DNA of 63,520 bases, counting the filler, from Hyphochytrium catenoides (taxonomy: Eukaryota > Protista > Hyphochytriomycota): assembly GCA_900088475.1 (NCBI GenBank). It is 11 parts of 11 records of this genome, joined end to end, with 100 filler letters (N's around TTAATTAATTAA, not from the genome) between each part and the next. Parts side by side here need not be neighbours in the genome. Positions count along the whole stretch, not along the records: positions 1 to 15,940 come from FLMG01004515.1; 10 more parts are not named here. One strand, given 5' to 3'. A program made the translations under genes and the position numbers. The number at the start of each line of letters is the position of its first letter. Position 1 is the first letter of the stretch. Shown in pieces: positions 1 to 12,300 of the stretch. The notes under the pieces are model-generated. The model was not told the DNA's origin, searched no databases, and saw only the letters and a list, made by a program, of their open reading frames with translations.

Positions 1-664
1 GAGTCTCTCACGGTGGTTAGGCTTTGGCGAGGGTGTTGGGGGGTAGAGTTGGCCTCCCGGGGGGACAGAAGAGCCTCTGAGTGGCTCTGGGTCTCCTATC
101 ATTTCAAAGGCTGGCAGCAGTAGGCGAATGATTGTTGAAGGCTCAGGGTGACATCGACGATAGGAATGCTTACCTTCCATAATAACTCTACCTCGCTAGA
201 GTGTATTACTGATAATTCGCTGACAGAGCCATGCCTTCCTCCGTCTGCCAACGGACACAATCTGCTGGCTGTCTCAAGGATCTTCCTTGCCGAAATCCAA
301 CTCTCCTTGACTCCCTCACCACCTCAACAAGCTCTTCTACCCTCGTCGTCTTCGTCTTCTCTTCCTTCTTCTACACCCGATCCGAATTATGCCCTCCTTC
401 TCTCCTATTTATGGCGTGGCGTCCCGACCGGCGGCGGCAGTACCTGTAGCACGCCGCCGCCAGCAGCTCAGCAAGAAGAAGAGGAGGCGTCATGTATGTG
501 CGTTAAAGGAGTTCTTTTGAAGATCTTAATGACTTCCTCCTGAGTTAAGTTGCTCTCTTCTACGCCTTTCTTTCTTGTTGGTAGTAGGTTGCTTAGTTAC
601 CCTTCTTCCGGTCCCAGTAGGTAGGAGGGTCCTCAGCGAATCTTTCTGCTCGCATGAGTGAAGT

Positions 665-3192
665 ATGGCTAGTCGTCGTTGTCGGTCCTTAGACCGCCAC
701 ATCTTCATAGTAGTGGTCTACTCTTCTCACTTCTTTTTCACGTGTCTTCTTGCACCTTCTGCTGCTGCTGCGGGAGGTTCACCAGAGTCAATCTTCGCTG
801 GAGAGTCGTCCGAGGACTTCTCCCTCTTTCCCACGGCACCCAAGGTCTCATCATCATCACCTACCTCCTCTTGGTGAATTGGAGGAGTGGTACTTAGAAC
901 AACAGGGCCATGAGCCTTCACAACTACCAAGCGCCACCGATTTGTTGGGCGACACAAATAATAACTGTCTCAAAGAAGATTATGATAGGCGTCCGTCCAC
1001 GCTGAAGCGCTGCTTTCTCCTGACCTAGTATTGGCTGGATTCTTTACTCGTAAGGCGGATCCCCAGCGTCCAACACTCCATAGCTACAAGGATCATTATG
1101 CTTACATGCGTTGCTGGTATGAATCAGTGCATGCGCAGGGCTGTATGGCGTTGTCCTCTATGACGACCTGTCAGACGAGTTCATCACGACCTTCCAGAGT
1201 AGTAACGTCCGCTTTGTGAAGGTCCACAAAGAAGATCTACTTCAATCGGGCTCCAAAGCTAGTGAGATAGATGCTCTTTGGCCTGCGGAGTATAGATTCT
1301 TAGCGTTCTTGGATTACCTGATGCGAAATCCGAGCATAGAGTACGCCTTTCTTACAGATATCTCCGATGTCATCTATCAGCGGAACCGCTTTCCATGGGT
1401 CCGCACCAGACCAGAAGAGTTGTTCTATTCCTACGAAGCCAAGCCAAAGCCAGGCCAAGAGTTTGCTGATCTCAAGTGGAAGGGCTGCTTCGAAGAGATG
1501 AGCCCTCCCCAAAGCGTTCGCGACAGGCTTTATGCTGCTGGAATGTTTGGTGGCAGACGTGAAGCTCTCATTGTGCATCTCACACTCATGAGGTACCTAA
1601 CGGAGACCGCCTATAGCCGCATTCAGCCTACCAGAGCATTAGGTACATATTTCCCAGGTGTCTGCGATATGTTGGTCCACAACCGCGTGGTCCACGACTG
1701 GATCGAGAGCCCTAGTTCCATAATGAAGGGACGCATCTGGGGCGAAGGTCAACCACTCTTCAACAAGATTGTGAAACCAGATGACGAAGAGGCTGAGACG
1801 ATTGAAGAACTGCAAGAATATTACATCGTTCACGTGCACAAATCAGATCCCTTTGCTCCTCCTCCTCCTATTCGCACCGACTCTTGGAACCAGAGAGACA
1901 CGTTCGGTTCACAGGTTCTGACCTCAACCTCACGCAGGCTGCCAGGGCCATTTACCTTCCAAAAAATCGAAAAGCGTAGACTTACTCCGATTTCCATACG
2001 CGAATTAGCTGGGGCATTCCTCCTTAAGGTCTCAGGTGGTTCGGAGTGTATCGTTCCACACAGCGCCAACAAGAACGATTTTCTCCTGCTGAGCCAAACC
2101 TGCTCGTTCAATGATCCCTTCGCTTGGTATTCTTGGCTACCGGGTGGTTTGCTCCAACACTTGGAGACAGGAATGTGCATACAACCCGCGGAGGAGGGAA
2201 CAGAAGAAGGGAAAGGCAAGGCGCTATTGCTTTCCGCATCATGTGACCCTCATCCCATCAGGTCCTTCCTTGACACCAAGGAGGGTGTCCTCCAACATAG
2301 CGCGAACAATATGTGCCTTCATCGTGCTCCAAGGATAGTCCAGGACATCAGCAAGGGGCTCCAAGACGCTAAAGTCAAGCTTAGCGTGCCAACGCTGCAA
2401 GACTCCTGCAGTAACAGCAGCCAGACGTTGCTACTGTTCAATTTGACCCCAATTCCGGTCTCGCAGCTGAAGACAGCAGATCTTAGCAGCGGCTTGTGGC
2501 AAGGAGACTCTACAGCGGCAAAAGTTCTCAACCTCACGGATCTCAAACACGTCGCCATAATGCATGACCCGACAGTGGCGCATCGTCTCACTCATGTCTC
2601 CCATCAGTTGAGGCTACTGGGTATATCAAACTTTGCGATTGAGACGGAGGAGGAAGTTGGGGACTATCCGATCTCCGGTTTTCGGGGTATCTTGAAGCTA
2701 TTGAAAGAACAAAAAGCCGCTCTGTCTAATGGCGCACGGTTCGAGCCAATGCTCATTCTCGAAGACGTAGTGTCCATCACTCCATGGCACTACCGCCATG
2801 TTCTCAACGTGCCAGTCGATGCCGATGCTTTCTATCTTGGTATCTCAGCCGTCAGAAAAATGGAAGAAGGTTACTTTCACACTTATGGAGTGGCATACGA
2901 ACTCTCAGACGTGCCCAACATAGCGCGCATCTATAACATGCTCAGCCATCATGCTTTCGTCATACTTTCCCCAAGGTACTTGGACTTTCTCATATATACC
3001 TTGGAGCAAAGCGTGATGAAGAGAGTATACTGGGATCTGGAGATCGCTTTAGGAATGCCCAAGTACAATGTGTATGGTGAGATCCGTCCGACGTTCTATC
3101 AAGATGACAGACTGGGCGGTAACTCTCTGGACACGTACCTTACTCTTCTTCAGGTAAAACAGGTGCCTTTTACGCCCATACTAGCGCTTTGA
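665..3192 (+). pseudogene. Intronless multi-domain glycosyltransferase (DPQR/TDxxDV GT-like domain, ricin-B-like lectin, GT25-like domain) with frameshifts in its 5' part
   Basis: The long frame is open from 1138 to 3192 (GLYGVVLYDDLSDEFITTFQ...FLTDISDV...LLQHLETGMCIQP...ILEDVV...DADAFYLG...IYNMLSHHA...PTFYQ). Upstream pieces lie in other frames: 1016-1140 (PDLVLAGFFTRKADPQR...WYESV), 714-1016, and 665 (MASRR plus a hydrophobic stretch). It could be an intact gene with consensus errors. Confidence 0.7.
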
Positions 3193-4569
3193 ATAGAGGT
3201 ATAATAATGCATTAACGACGCAGACGAGGAGTTCCTTGTTCTGACATTGATCAAGCCCATGATGATGAGTGAGTCTCTGACCTAAGGTGTAAGGTCCACT
3301 TTCAGTCTCCTTTTGGGTGACCTCTTGGTGCAAGAAAAATGCAAGCAATTTGTAGCGAGCGGTAACAATAATAACTATACCGCCGAGGGGCTGCTGCTGG
3401 TGGAGCTTGTTCGTAGGTCATTCAGAGGGATTGCGCCGTAGACTATATATATATATCCGATAGTAATCATGCTTACATTGTCAAAAGACTGACATCCACG
3501 ACGAGGAATCGACTTTAGCCGTATGCATTACCGACCTTGAAGTCGAAGAAGACGCGTTTGTGTCGCTCACCGGCCACGACAGCAGATCATGGCAGCTGCT
3601 GCCAATTTTTCTCTTGTTTATTGATGGCTGTATGGGAGGTGAAGCCTCCAGTGAGGTTACATTGACACTTCCCTTGGGGAGCCCTGCCCCTTGCCTGCCA
3701 CTGTTTCTTCTTAAAGAGAGTCAGTGGTGTTGGGGTTGGGTCATCATGCCCTAAGCTGGGCTCTCGCTGTGCGCCAGGCTCACTTCTTGCTGCTTGCGCT
3801 ATTAACTACTATATTATTATGGACATCACCATGATGCCGCCCTAAAGGGTGAGGATGACTGTAGTCTGCCTGCAGTCTATTTGGAAAAGAAAGGATTATC
3901 ATCTGACGCTCAACCATAAAGGTTTCTCAGTTTAATGAATGAAGTCGTAGATCATTGGCTTCTGAGGAGTGTCTATCACTACTATATGCTGCTTTGTGAT
4001 AATAATACTATGGATGATGGTAAAAGACATGGACGACAATACCGCCGCAGCACCAGGCGATCGTGCTGATGAGAATCACTCCCGACGTACCTGATAAGAC
4101 TTTCTTCTTGGCATTGTCAATGCTTCCTCTTCGTCTCCAAGAATAATTGGATCTTCTACCTCCCCTTGCACTCTTCTACAAGCTTGTACAAGTACTTGTA
4201 TGGTGAATGACCTTTCATGATGGTGATGCCTTGTAACGGACAGGATGACCGCTAACGGAGCTATCAAGTTTTGGCGGGAAGTGGGACGAAAGATCGTCAT
4301 GCTGATGGTCTTTCTGGCTTTCNNNNNNNNNNNNNNNNNNNNNNNNNNNNNNNNNNNNNNNNNNNNNNNNNNNNNNNNNNNNNNNNNNNNAGGAGAGTGA
4401 GAAAGAGGCACCATCGGGTGAATTATTAGAGCTATTATTAGTCGTTGTGATAAGGAACTTATCTGCCCCAGAGCTGTCCACTTGCAGCTTCACTTCTCCT
4501 TATTCTGATCGAAAGCAAGGATCTTCAGCTTTTGCACAGAAGGCTTCTCAAGGCGTGTGGACCCCAAGA

Positions 4570-5478
4570 ATGGGAGACAAGAGGAAGGCTCCGTCTTCAA
4601 AGAACAGCCCTAACAATGGTGCTGGTGCTGATGCCAATACCAAGAGGAGTAAAGCTGGTCAGCCCAGCGACGAAGATAGCTTTGCTAGCGAGGCTGTTGA
4701 GATGTACGGCCTTCCAAGTGCTTGCAAGAGTGCTCTTCAGGAACCCTTGTGGGAAAAGTACATCGAGATTCGAGAGGCAATGGAGGCCCAAGCAGAGGAA
4801 ACCGCTGACGAAGCGCCAGAAAATAGCTGGAACGTCTGGAACTTCGTCAAGCCAGAGCTTGATACTCTCATCGCCGCCACCAGGCTCTCGGAGGAGGGAA
4901 AGGGTGTTCTTAAGAAGATGATCTTGGTTGTCTCTCAGACCGCAGAACCAAACAGTGGCTGTGAGCTTGGTGACCTACGGGTTCACACGCGGCTGTATTC
5001 TCTCGTCTCTCCTTATGCTCTGGACCTTTATCTCACCTATTTCGACCAAGACTTCAAATATGACGCACCAGGATTTCTGTCGGTGGCGTTTAGAGACTGG
5101 AGGTCTCTGGAAAAGGACCTGGTGGAGCTTGCAAGCCGTATGCCGTTCACCATGGCAGCAGTAGAGGATCACGGCGAGAGCATCAACCGGATGAAGCGCA
5201 ACTAGCGGCAACTCCTAAAATTCTATAACAAGACCAGTGGCAAGATGTACTCAAACTGTTATTTTACTCCTGATTATGTGGAAGAGATACGGGAGATGCT
5301 CTTCGGTGAAGATCCACGCTTTGCCAGTGACAAGCTCTCAGACCTGGATCTTGCAAGAATATTGGTCGCTGCAGCAGGGCTGACAGTGGAAGAAGGGAAC
5401 TCCTTCAGTGACGAGGTTCTGGACACTGAAGAGGTGCCTGAGCTTCTAGAGCAGGATCTGGATGGCTATCCGTCATAA
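4570..5478 (+). CDS. Intronless acidic hypothetical protein interrupted by one in-frame TAG (5203-5205)
   Basis: ORFs 4447-5205 and 5245-5478 share a frame (offset 798 nt). The bridge reads AAC TAG CGG CAA CTC CTA AAA TTC with no other stop. Confidence 0.55.
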
Positions 5479-6339
5479 CACGACGAAGCGGCAGCGCGAG
5501 AAGCCTACCGATAGTTGGGATAGCCGAGGAGTGCGAAAGAAGAGTGCGGATCATAGAGAGACAGAGAAAGAGATGCCAAGGGAGAGAAAGAGAGAGAGAC
5601 TGCCTAGTCCTAGACGTAGGACTTCTGTCAACGGACTTAGATCCGAGGCGTCTGAACGCGTCTATTGCGCGCCGGTATCGCCACTTCTCATGATTTTTCA
5701 TTCCCCTAACTAGCTTGTTGCTTTGAATAGAGCCCTCTATAGAGCAAAGTCGCCTTCCTTCTCGTTCTCTCTCATGTGCGCTCTGAACAGATCTACACCC
5801 TTCCGAAAGGGGATTGCTTACAATCTGTGTGCCTCTCTTTCACTTTAATTGCTGGCTGTATCTACGGCTCTCCCTGCCCTCACGATAGGTCACATCATCT
5901 TCTTCTCAACTCTGCTTCTCTCATCCCTTCTCCTACATCAGCTACCATTCAGTCTGTGATAACGCATCAAAGTTACTGCCAGAAGGGCAAACGGAGTTAA
6001 AAGCGTGGCAAGGTATAGGGTAGAAGAAGCAAGCGTGAAGAAGCAAGCGTGATCAGATAGCCAGTTGTCAACTGATGCGAGTGGTGGGCACCAGGTCAAT
6101 GGACGTAATGTTGCCTTCCTTTTTGATTAACTGCACTAGTTAGATCGAATCTTCCTGGGTAGCGCTGACCTCTAAACAAAGGAAGTCGAGCTAGCCTTTG
6201 ACTCGCTAGACCAAGCCCAGTGGCTCAACCAGGGAATGATAGTAAGGGCAAACAGTGAGACGAACCTTTAATCGTAGGAATAGCCTCTTTATATAAATTC
6301 GGCAAGGCTGTCTTTTCATGTCCGTTTCTATCCTTCTTT

Positions 6340-9300
6340 TCAGTCGCCGGATTTTGCCTCTGATGAGTTGAACGTGTCCACATATCGAGACTGCAAGGCT
6401 TGAGGGGACGTAGGGGACGCTTGCAGCGAGTACCTGCGCCAGTAGGACAGGACAGGAAGAGAAAAGATAGAGCAAAGAGTTAGGTTGGCCGGTATAGAGG
6501 GGAAGTAACGCTTGACTAGGATGACAGAGGACGAGATGCAAAGTCAACTTCTAAACAAAAAGGAGAGCAAAAGTCTGTTGCCTTAGACAATCAGGCCTTT
6601 CACTCTCTCTCAAAAGATGTCGTTGAGGGCAGCTGGCCTCACCTATTATTAGCGATGGAGTAGGGAAGAGCCGATGAGGTCTTGATTTTCTCCAATTGCA
6701 AAGCTACGAGGACGTCCACCGGTGGAGAGAGGAGAGAACTGTCTACGTTAGAAGACAAGAAAGAGGCTGAGCCATCGTCTTCCTCTTTCTCACCCTCTCC
6801 TGCCTCCCCAGCGTTCTTCTTGTTGGTGGGAGAGGAGGATTTTTGAACTTTCTCAAGAGCCTCCCGCACACTGGGCGGAGGAATTGGAGACTTTGGTGGC
6901 TCAGGAAGTCTGAGAAGAGCGATGAGAGGCGAGATATTAGAGGATGGTCTGGCCAGTACGGTACCATATGATTGAACAGATGTCAAGAACAAAGTGAGAA
7001 AGAAGCGGGACAAAGGTGGCTGTCAATGAATACTAAGACAGCATTAGCTGATGTAAGCTGTATCTTACGGATCAAGTTCCGCATCCGTTGGCGGTCTGCC
7101 AGCACCCGTAGAAGCTCCTGCGTCCTCTTCTCCCTGCGACAGGCGAACGGATACGTCAAAGACATCCATCAATTAGCGGGAATCGGGAAGGGAATAAGCT
7201 GATCCCAGCACAGACAGAAGCAGAAAGAAAAGTTCACAGGAACGAGCTGAGAGAGGCTGGACCTTGACTAGGTGCTGGTTGCGATAGAGACGTCAGAGAG
7301 GACACAGGGTAGAACTCCTGGAAAGACCTGAGTATTTACGATGGAAGGCTGTTATCTGTACCTGCAAGATCCAAGTCTTCTTTTCCTCGTCGTAATAGAA
7401 GTCTGACCCCTCCTTCTCCTGGGTCTTCTCCTTGCTATCTGTCTCCCTTCTTAGACTTCGGGGCGAGGATGCCATCAAACGACCAAAGATAGAGGAGACG
7501 GCCGCCGGCACTCCCCAACCCTGAACATAATGTGGTCAGAGGACACGTGAGAGATGGAGAAACGTAAAGAAAGAAGAACTTTGGGATAGTGAGAAGGCGG
7601 GGAGACAGGTGGAGAAGGCACCGGTATAGAGTCTAGGCCAACTCCACGAGACGAGGAGGGTGACACCAATGCCAAATCACGCTTCGAAACCTATAAAAAC
7701 AGAAGGAGGGAGCAGCAGTTTCCAGTCGCGAGTATAGTCTAACCTGCCACGAATCTCCCTTGTTGTCTGCAGGGGCTGGAGACAGAGGAGGAGAACCCCT
7801 TCCATCCATCTCTTCACCTTCATCCTCTGACTCCTCTTCCCCATCGTCCTCATCCTCTTGACTCCCTTCTTCCTCGTCCTCCTCCTCTCTCTCTCTTCTT
7901 ACTGGCTGACTTCGTGTGCCACTGAGTACGAAAAGCATGGGGAGGATATCAGGAAATCAGATATGGCAGAGCGAAAGTGAAGGAAGAGTGTTGAGGTAGA
8001 GAGTTGTGCCCTAGCAAAGGTACAACATAGATGGGATAGAGCGAGAGTCCACTAGCTTCGGAATCAGAGGATCGATGCCCTCTCCACTAAGTTCTTGGAG
8101 AGGAAATGTTAAGAGAGAGAGACGAAAGGTCCTTACAGCTGCTCTGAGTGAGAGTCTTGGAAATGTCTGTCTTCATCGCTCTCGGCCTCGGGTCTCGGGC
8201 TTTCTACTTGTTCCCCGGCTCCTAGGAGACGGAGAAGTAAAAGAGCACGAGAAAGAATTGAGTCCAACCCCATCTCAATGAGAGGTGAACATAGCATCAG
8301 ACAGTTATTCAGAACGTGCGGAGAGAGATCAAAGCTCACAGTTATCTAACAGTCGAAGAGACTGACAGAGACAGAAAGGGGATGAGAGACGAGAAATGAT
8401 AGACGGAGATGACCCCAAAAAGGTGTATTCGCACCTATCTGCTGCAGGAAGTTAAGCGTCAGGAAAATGCTGGACGTTGGCGGTAGCTCTTTCAGATGGT
8501 GGCGGAGAGGACTGCGGGTCATGAAGTTTCCATAAGGACTCTGTCCATAGATGTTTCGCTTCAAAGGATCTGCCCCATACTGGAGAGAAGAGAAGTCAAA
8601 GATGGGTCAACTTCTTTAGAATCTCAGAGAGAAAGCAGACGGCACTCTGAGGCACTGACGAAAGGAGAAATTTAGCTAAAGAGACAAGAGAAGCCCAGGA
8701 AAGTGGAAGCAGAGCGAGGGTAGGGAGAAACAAGGGCAGGAGAGCGTCACAACCAGGCAACGACGTTCAGACGGGCAATGACAGGTCGGCAGCTCACATC
8801 AATAAGCTGCTTCACACAGTCAAGATTTCCTTTCCACACCGCCAGGTGCAGTGCTGTGTCTTCCATCTTGTTGACCTGATCAACCTCAGCGGCACACTCC
8901 AGAAGAATTTGGAGGCAAGCAGACTGACCGAACAGGCTTCGAAAAAAGTTGTCAGATGAAAGATGAGGAGGACCAAGACTTGAGCAGGAAGGAAAGAGAC
9001 AGGCTGACGGCATCAAAAAACAACGAGACATAGCTCATCCGTTTGCAGGAAGGAGTTGAGAAGCCAAGAAGTATAGAGGTCAAGCCAGCCAGAAGCCGGC
9101 GCTCCATAGCTTACCTGGCGATGTGCAATGGCGTATTGCCCAGGTGGTCCTGAGCGTTGATATCGGCGTCATAGTCGCAGAGGAGAGCCACCAGGTTGGG
9201 CTTTCCCTTCTCACAGCTGAACGTAATGAGCATTAGGAAATTTTATCTGCAAGCCGTCTCTGACGGTAATGGGGACAGCTAAGAAGCGGATCATAACCTC

Positions 9301-12300
9301 CTGACGCACGGAAGGGCGACGGCTTACTGAACAACAGTCTGTTGGCTGCATGATATAATCCTTCCCTCCTCCTGCCGCCACGTACCTTATGTGCAGAGCT
9401 GTTCTTCCCTGATCGTCTACTGCTGCGGTCTGTCCTCCACCTGCTGCTAGTAACGCCTCTAGCTCCTTTTCAGAGCCTGTGGCCGCTATGGAGAAGATAT
9501 CGGGCTGGGCAGCGTCATAGCTTGGTTAGAATAGAGGGCCCAGGCAACACGCAACAGTGTAGGTCACCAAGAAGCAGGAAGAGGTAGGGAAAGATAAGAA
9601 GAAAACGCGGAAACAGACAGCATGAGGAGCGTAGCTCCATACCACTTGTTCTTGAAATGACTTTCTCTTCTCTGACTCTATGATCGCGTTCTCAAAGAAC
9701 CTGTTCCACACTGCCCCAATCTTCTGGGTACTCATGGAGGTAGGTAATGGAGAGGAGACTGGCGAGGAAGAGGAGGGAAGAGACGATGAGGGAAGAGACG
9801 AGTTCTCTCTTGTCGCTTCTGTGGGGCCGGGAAATTGCTCTGAGCTGCGTAGGAACTCGTGCTCCCACTGCACTTCTCCAGTTTGCGTGTTATAGTAGTA
9901 TGTCATGCCATCATCCGTGGTGTACGGCACCCACATCGGGGATTCTGATGGAGGCATCACGAAGATGAGAATGGTCAGAAATGGGAGAGAAAGAGAGAGA
10001 GCGAGACGTAAGAGAGGAGACAAGGAGAAAGAAAGGGGCAGGTAGAGTTACAAAGAGCTACAGATGGAGCGTGATGACCAGGGAAGGGCATTGGGAAGGC
10101 CCGTGCCCGACGAGGACTTCAGCAGTTATTAGAAGACCACAAAGGAGTCAGGGTGTGCGCAAAAATTGGAAGATGACGGCCCGTCCCATTCTACGACCCT
10201 GCTCTCGGCCTGACCTTGCCCTTGCTCCTGTTCGTAAGGCGCCCTAGGTGTGCCGTATGCTTCTTCATTCTGTGTCCCTGTGTCCGTGTCCTCTTCTCTG
10301 ATGGCGGCTTGTCCTTCCTGTGTGTAAGGTGAAGGGAGAGCGAGAGAAGGGTCGTGGTGTAACAGTCGTATAGTGCAGAAAGTTGCAGAGGGGCAGCGGA
10401 GAAGAGACGCCGAGGAGGATGTAAACATCATTTGCAGGAAGCTTCTCTCCTCTTCCCTCTCTTTCAGTGGCTTCCTCATGCACGATGCAGCGAGTCTTCC
10501 CTTCCTACTGATGCCGCCTTCGCTCTTACCGCTGTATCATAGGACCGTCCTTGGGACTCCTTCCCTGGCATTTCCTTCCATATCTTCTCGAGCTCGGCCT
10601 GTAAGAAGGCCACCTGTTCGGCCTGTCTCTCCAGTCTCTCTTTCCACTTCTCGCCTTCTCTCTCTCTTTCTCTCTCTGCCTCTCCTTTGGCAGCTTCTAG
10701 ATACTCGTTGCGGGCCGACAGGGCCTAGGAATAGGAGAAGCTGATTAACCAGGGGTGAAGAGGAAGCAGTACCTTGGCTAACATATATTGGGAATGACGT
10801 TTGCTGACAAGGGCACCATGGTAGCGAACTAACTTCGAAAAAAGGAGCGAGAAAGACTGTTGATGATAGGCGAGGAGAGGAGGGAGATAACAGAGAGCTA
10901 GATTCTAGAGGTAATTAAAGGAGAGTGGTACCTGATAACTGGCTTCTAAGGCCTTGTAGCGCTGGTGAGTAGCAGAGGTCTCGTCCGACAGCTAGGAGGG
11001 AAGGAGCAGTTAAAAACAAAACAACGAGGAAAAGAACATAATCCCAGCTCTAGGCTGCCGTCCCAGTTGGAATCCTCCTGGCTCTACTAAGCTCCAACTC
11101 ACCTCCGCAAGCCTTTTTTGCATCTCCCTAACGGTCTCGGGATCGACCTCTCTCTCGGCGGTCATGGGACTGGTCAAGCTATTTAGACGGTGCTCAAGCT
11201 CTTCCCTAAACGACCGCTCATTCTAATGAGACCATTCAGAGGTCACGAGGTGAAAGAAAGAACGATGAGTATAGTCAGGGGAGCAAAGTGAGAGAAACAG
11301 AGAGTACGTTGCATGGAGAATCAGACCTTTAAAGATTCTTTTGTTGACTCAAGCTCCTTCCTTAGCTGGAAGATGCTCTCTTCCTGACTCTTGGCTTCCT
11401 CTATGTGAGATGTAGCCTAGCATACGTTAGACGGAGAAAGGGAAGAGCAAGACAGAGTGTGTAAGAACAGGCATGACAGGGAGGTTCTATCCTGATCTGA
11501 GAAAAATTTCAGTGGTCTACAAAGCAGGGATGCCGGAAGAGAGCAAAACTATTTGCCTGCCTCGGAGAGAACTTGAGGAATGGAAGGCATGTGAGATGAC
11601 AGGGACAGGATGAACCCACGCAGCGCACCTCGTCCGCAATCTCTTTCATGCTGTTAACCCTGTTCCTTCGTCTCCTATCCTGCTGAGAGATCTTCGACAT
11701 CAGCGACCGGAACTTCTTCAACACTTCCTTTAGTGCGTTCTCGTCACTTAGAACCTGCGAAAAGCGTTGTCCATGTTTAGGGCCCAAGATAGCAGATGGC
11801 CAGATGCGGGTGTATGCGTGTGAGAGTGAGGAAATGGACGATAGAGAGATTAAGAACTTGGGGCAATGTTTGATTGGGGAGATGCAGAAAGAGCACTCAA
11901 TGAATGTGGACGGAGAAAGGGAGAGCTGAGGGCTATGTGTGGTCCGAGGTGGTAGGTAGAGAGCAAGAAGGAGGTAAAGACCTTGTTTCTTTGTGCCGAG
12001 CTCAAGGTGTTACTCTCCTCTGCTTGCTGAGAGGCATTGACAGCGGCGTGCACAAGGAAATATTCCACCTCCTTCACTAAAGACGAGATCTCGCTCTGAT
12101 CGCTCTCCTCAACGTTAAGCTCGGCATCAGAGATACCTGGTGCAAAGGGAGGAGATGGAGCGTGCCGAACATATATATGAAGAGAAAGAGAGAGAGGAAA
12201 AGGTGAGAGGCTTCCAACGGGGGCACTTAAAGAACAAAGAACATGGAATGAAGCTTGTGCACCGCTCTCAACATACAAAGAAGAATATATGATAGCCGAG

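Noticed and set aside
5203-5205. Genome-wide TAG reassignment
   Set aside because: Vps34 ends with TAG at its expected C-terminus (28483-28485), and none of the conserved genes I spliced has an internal TAG.
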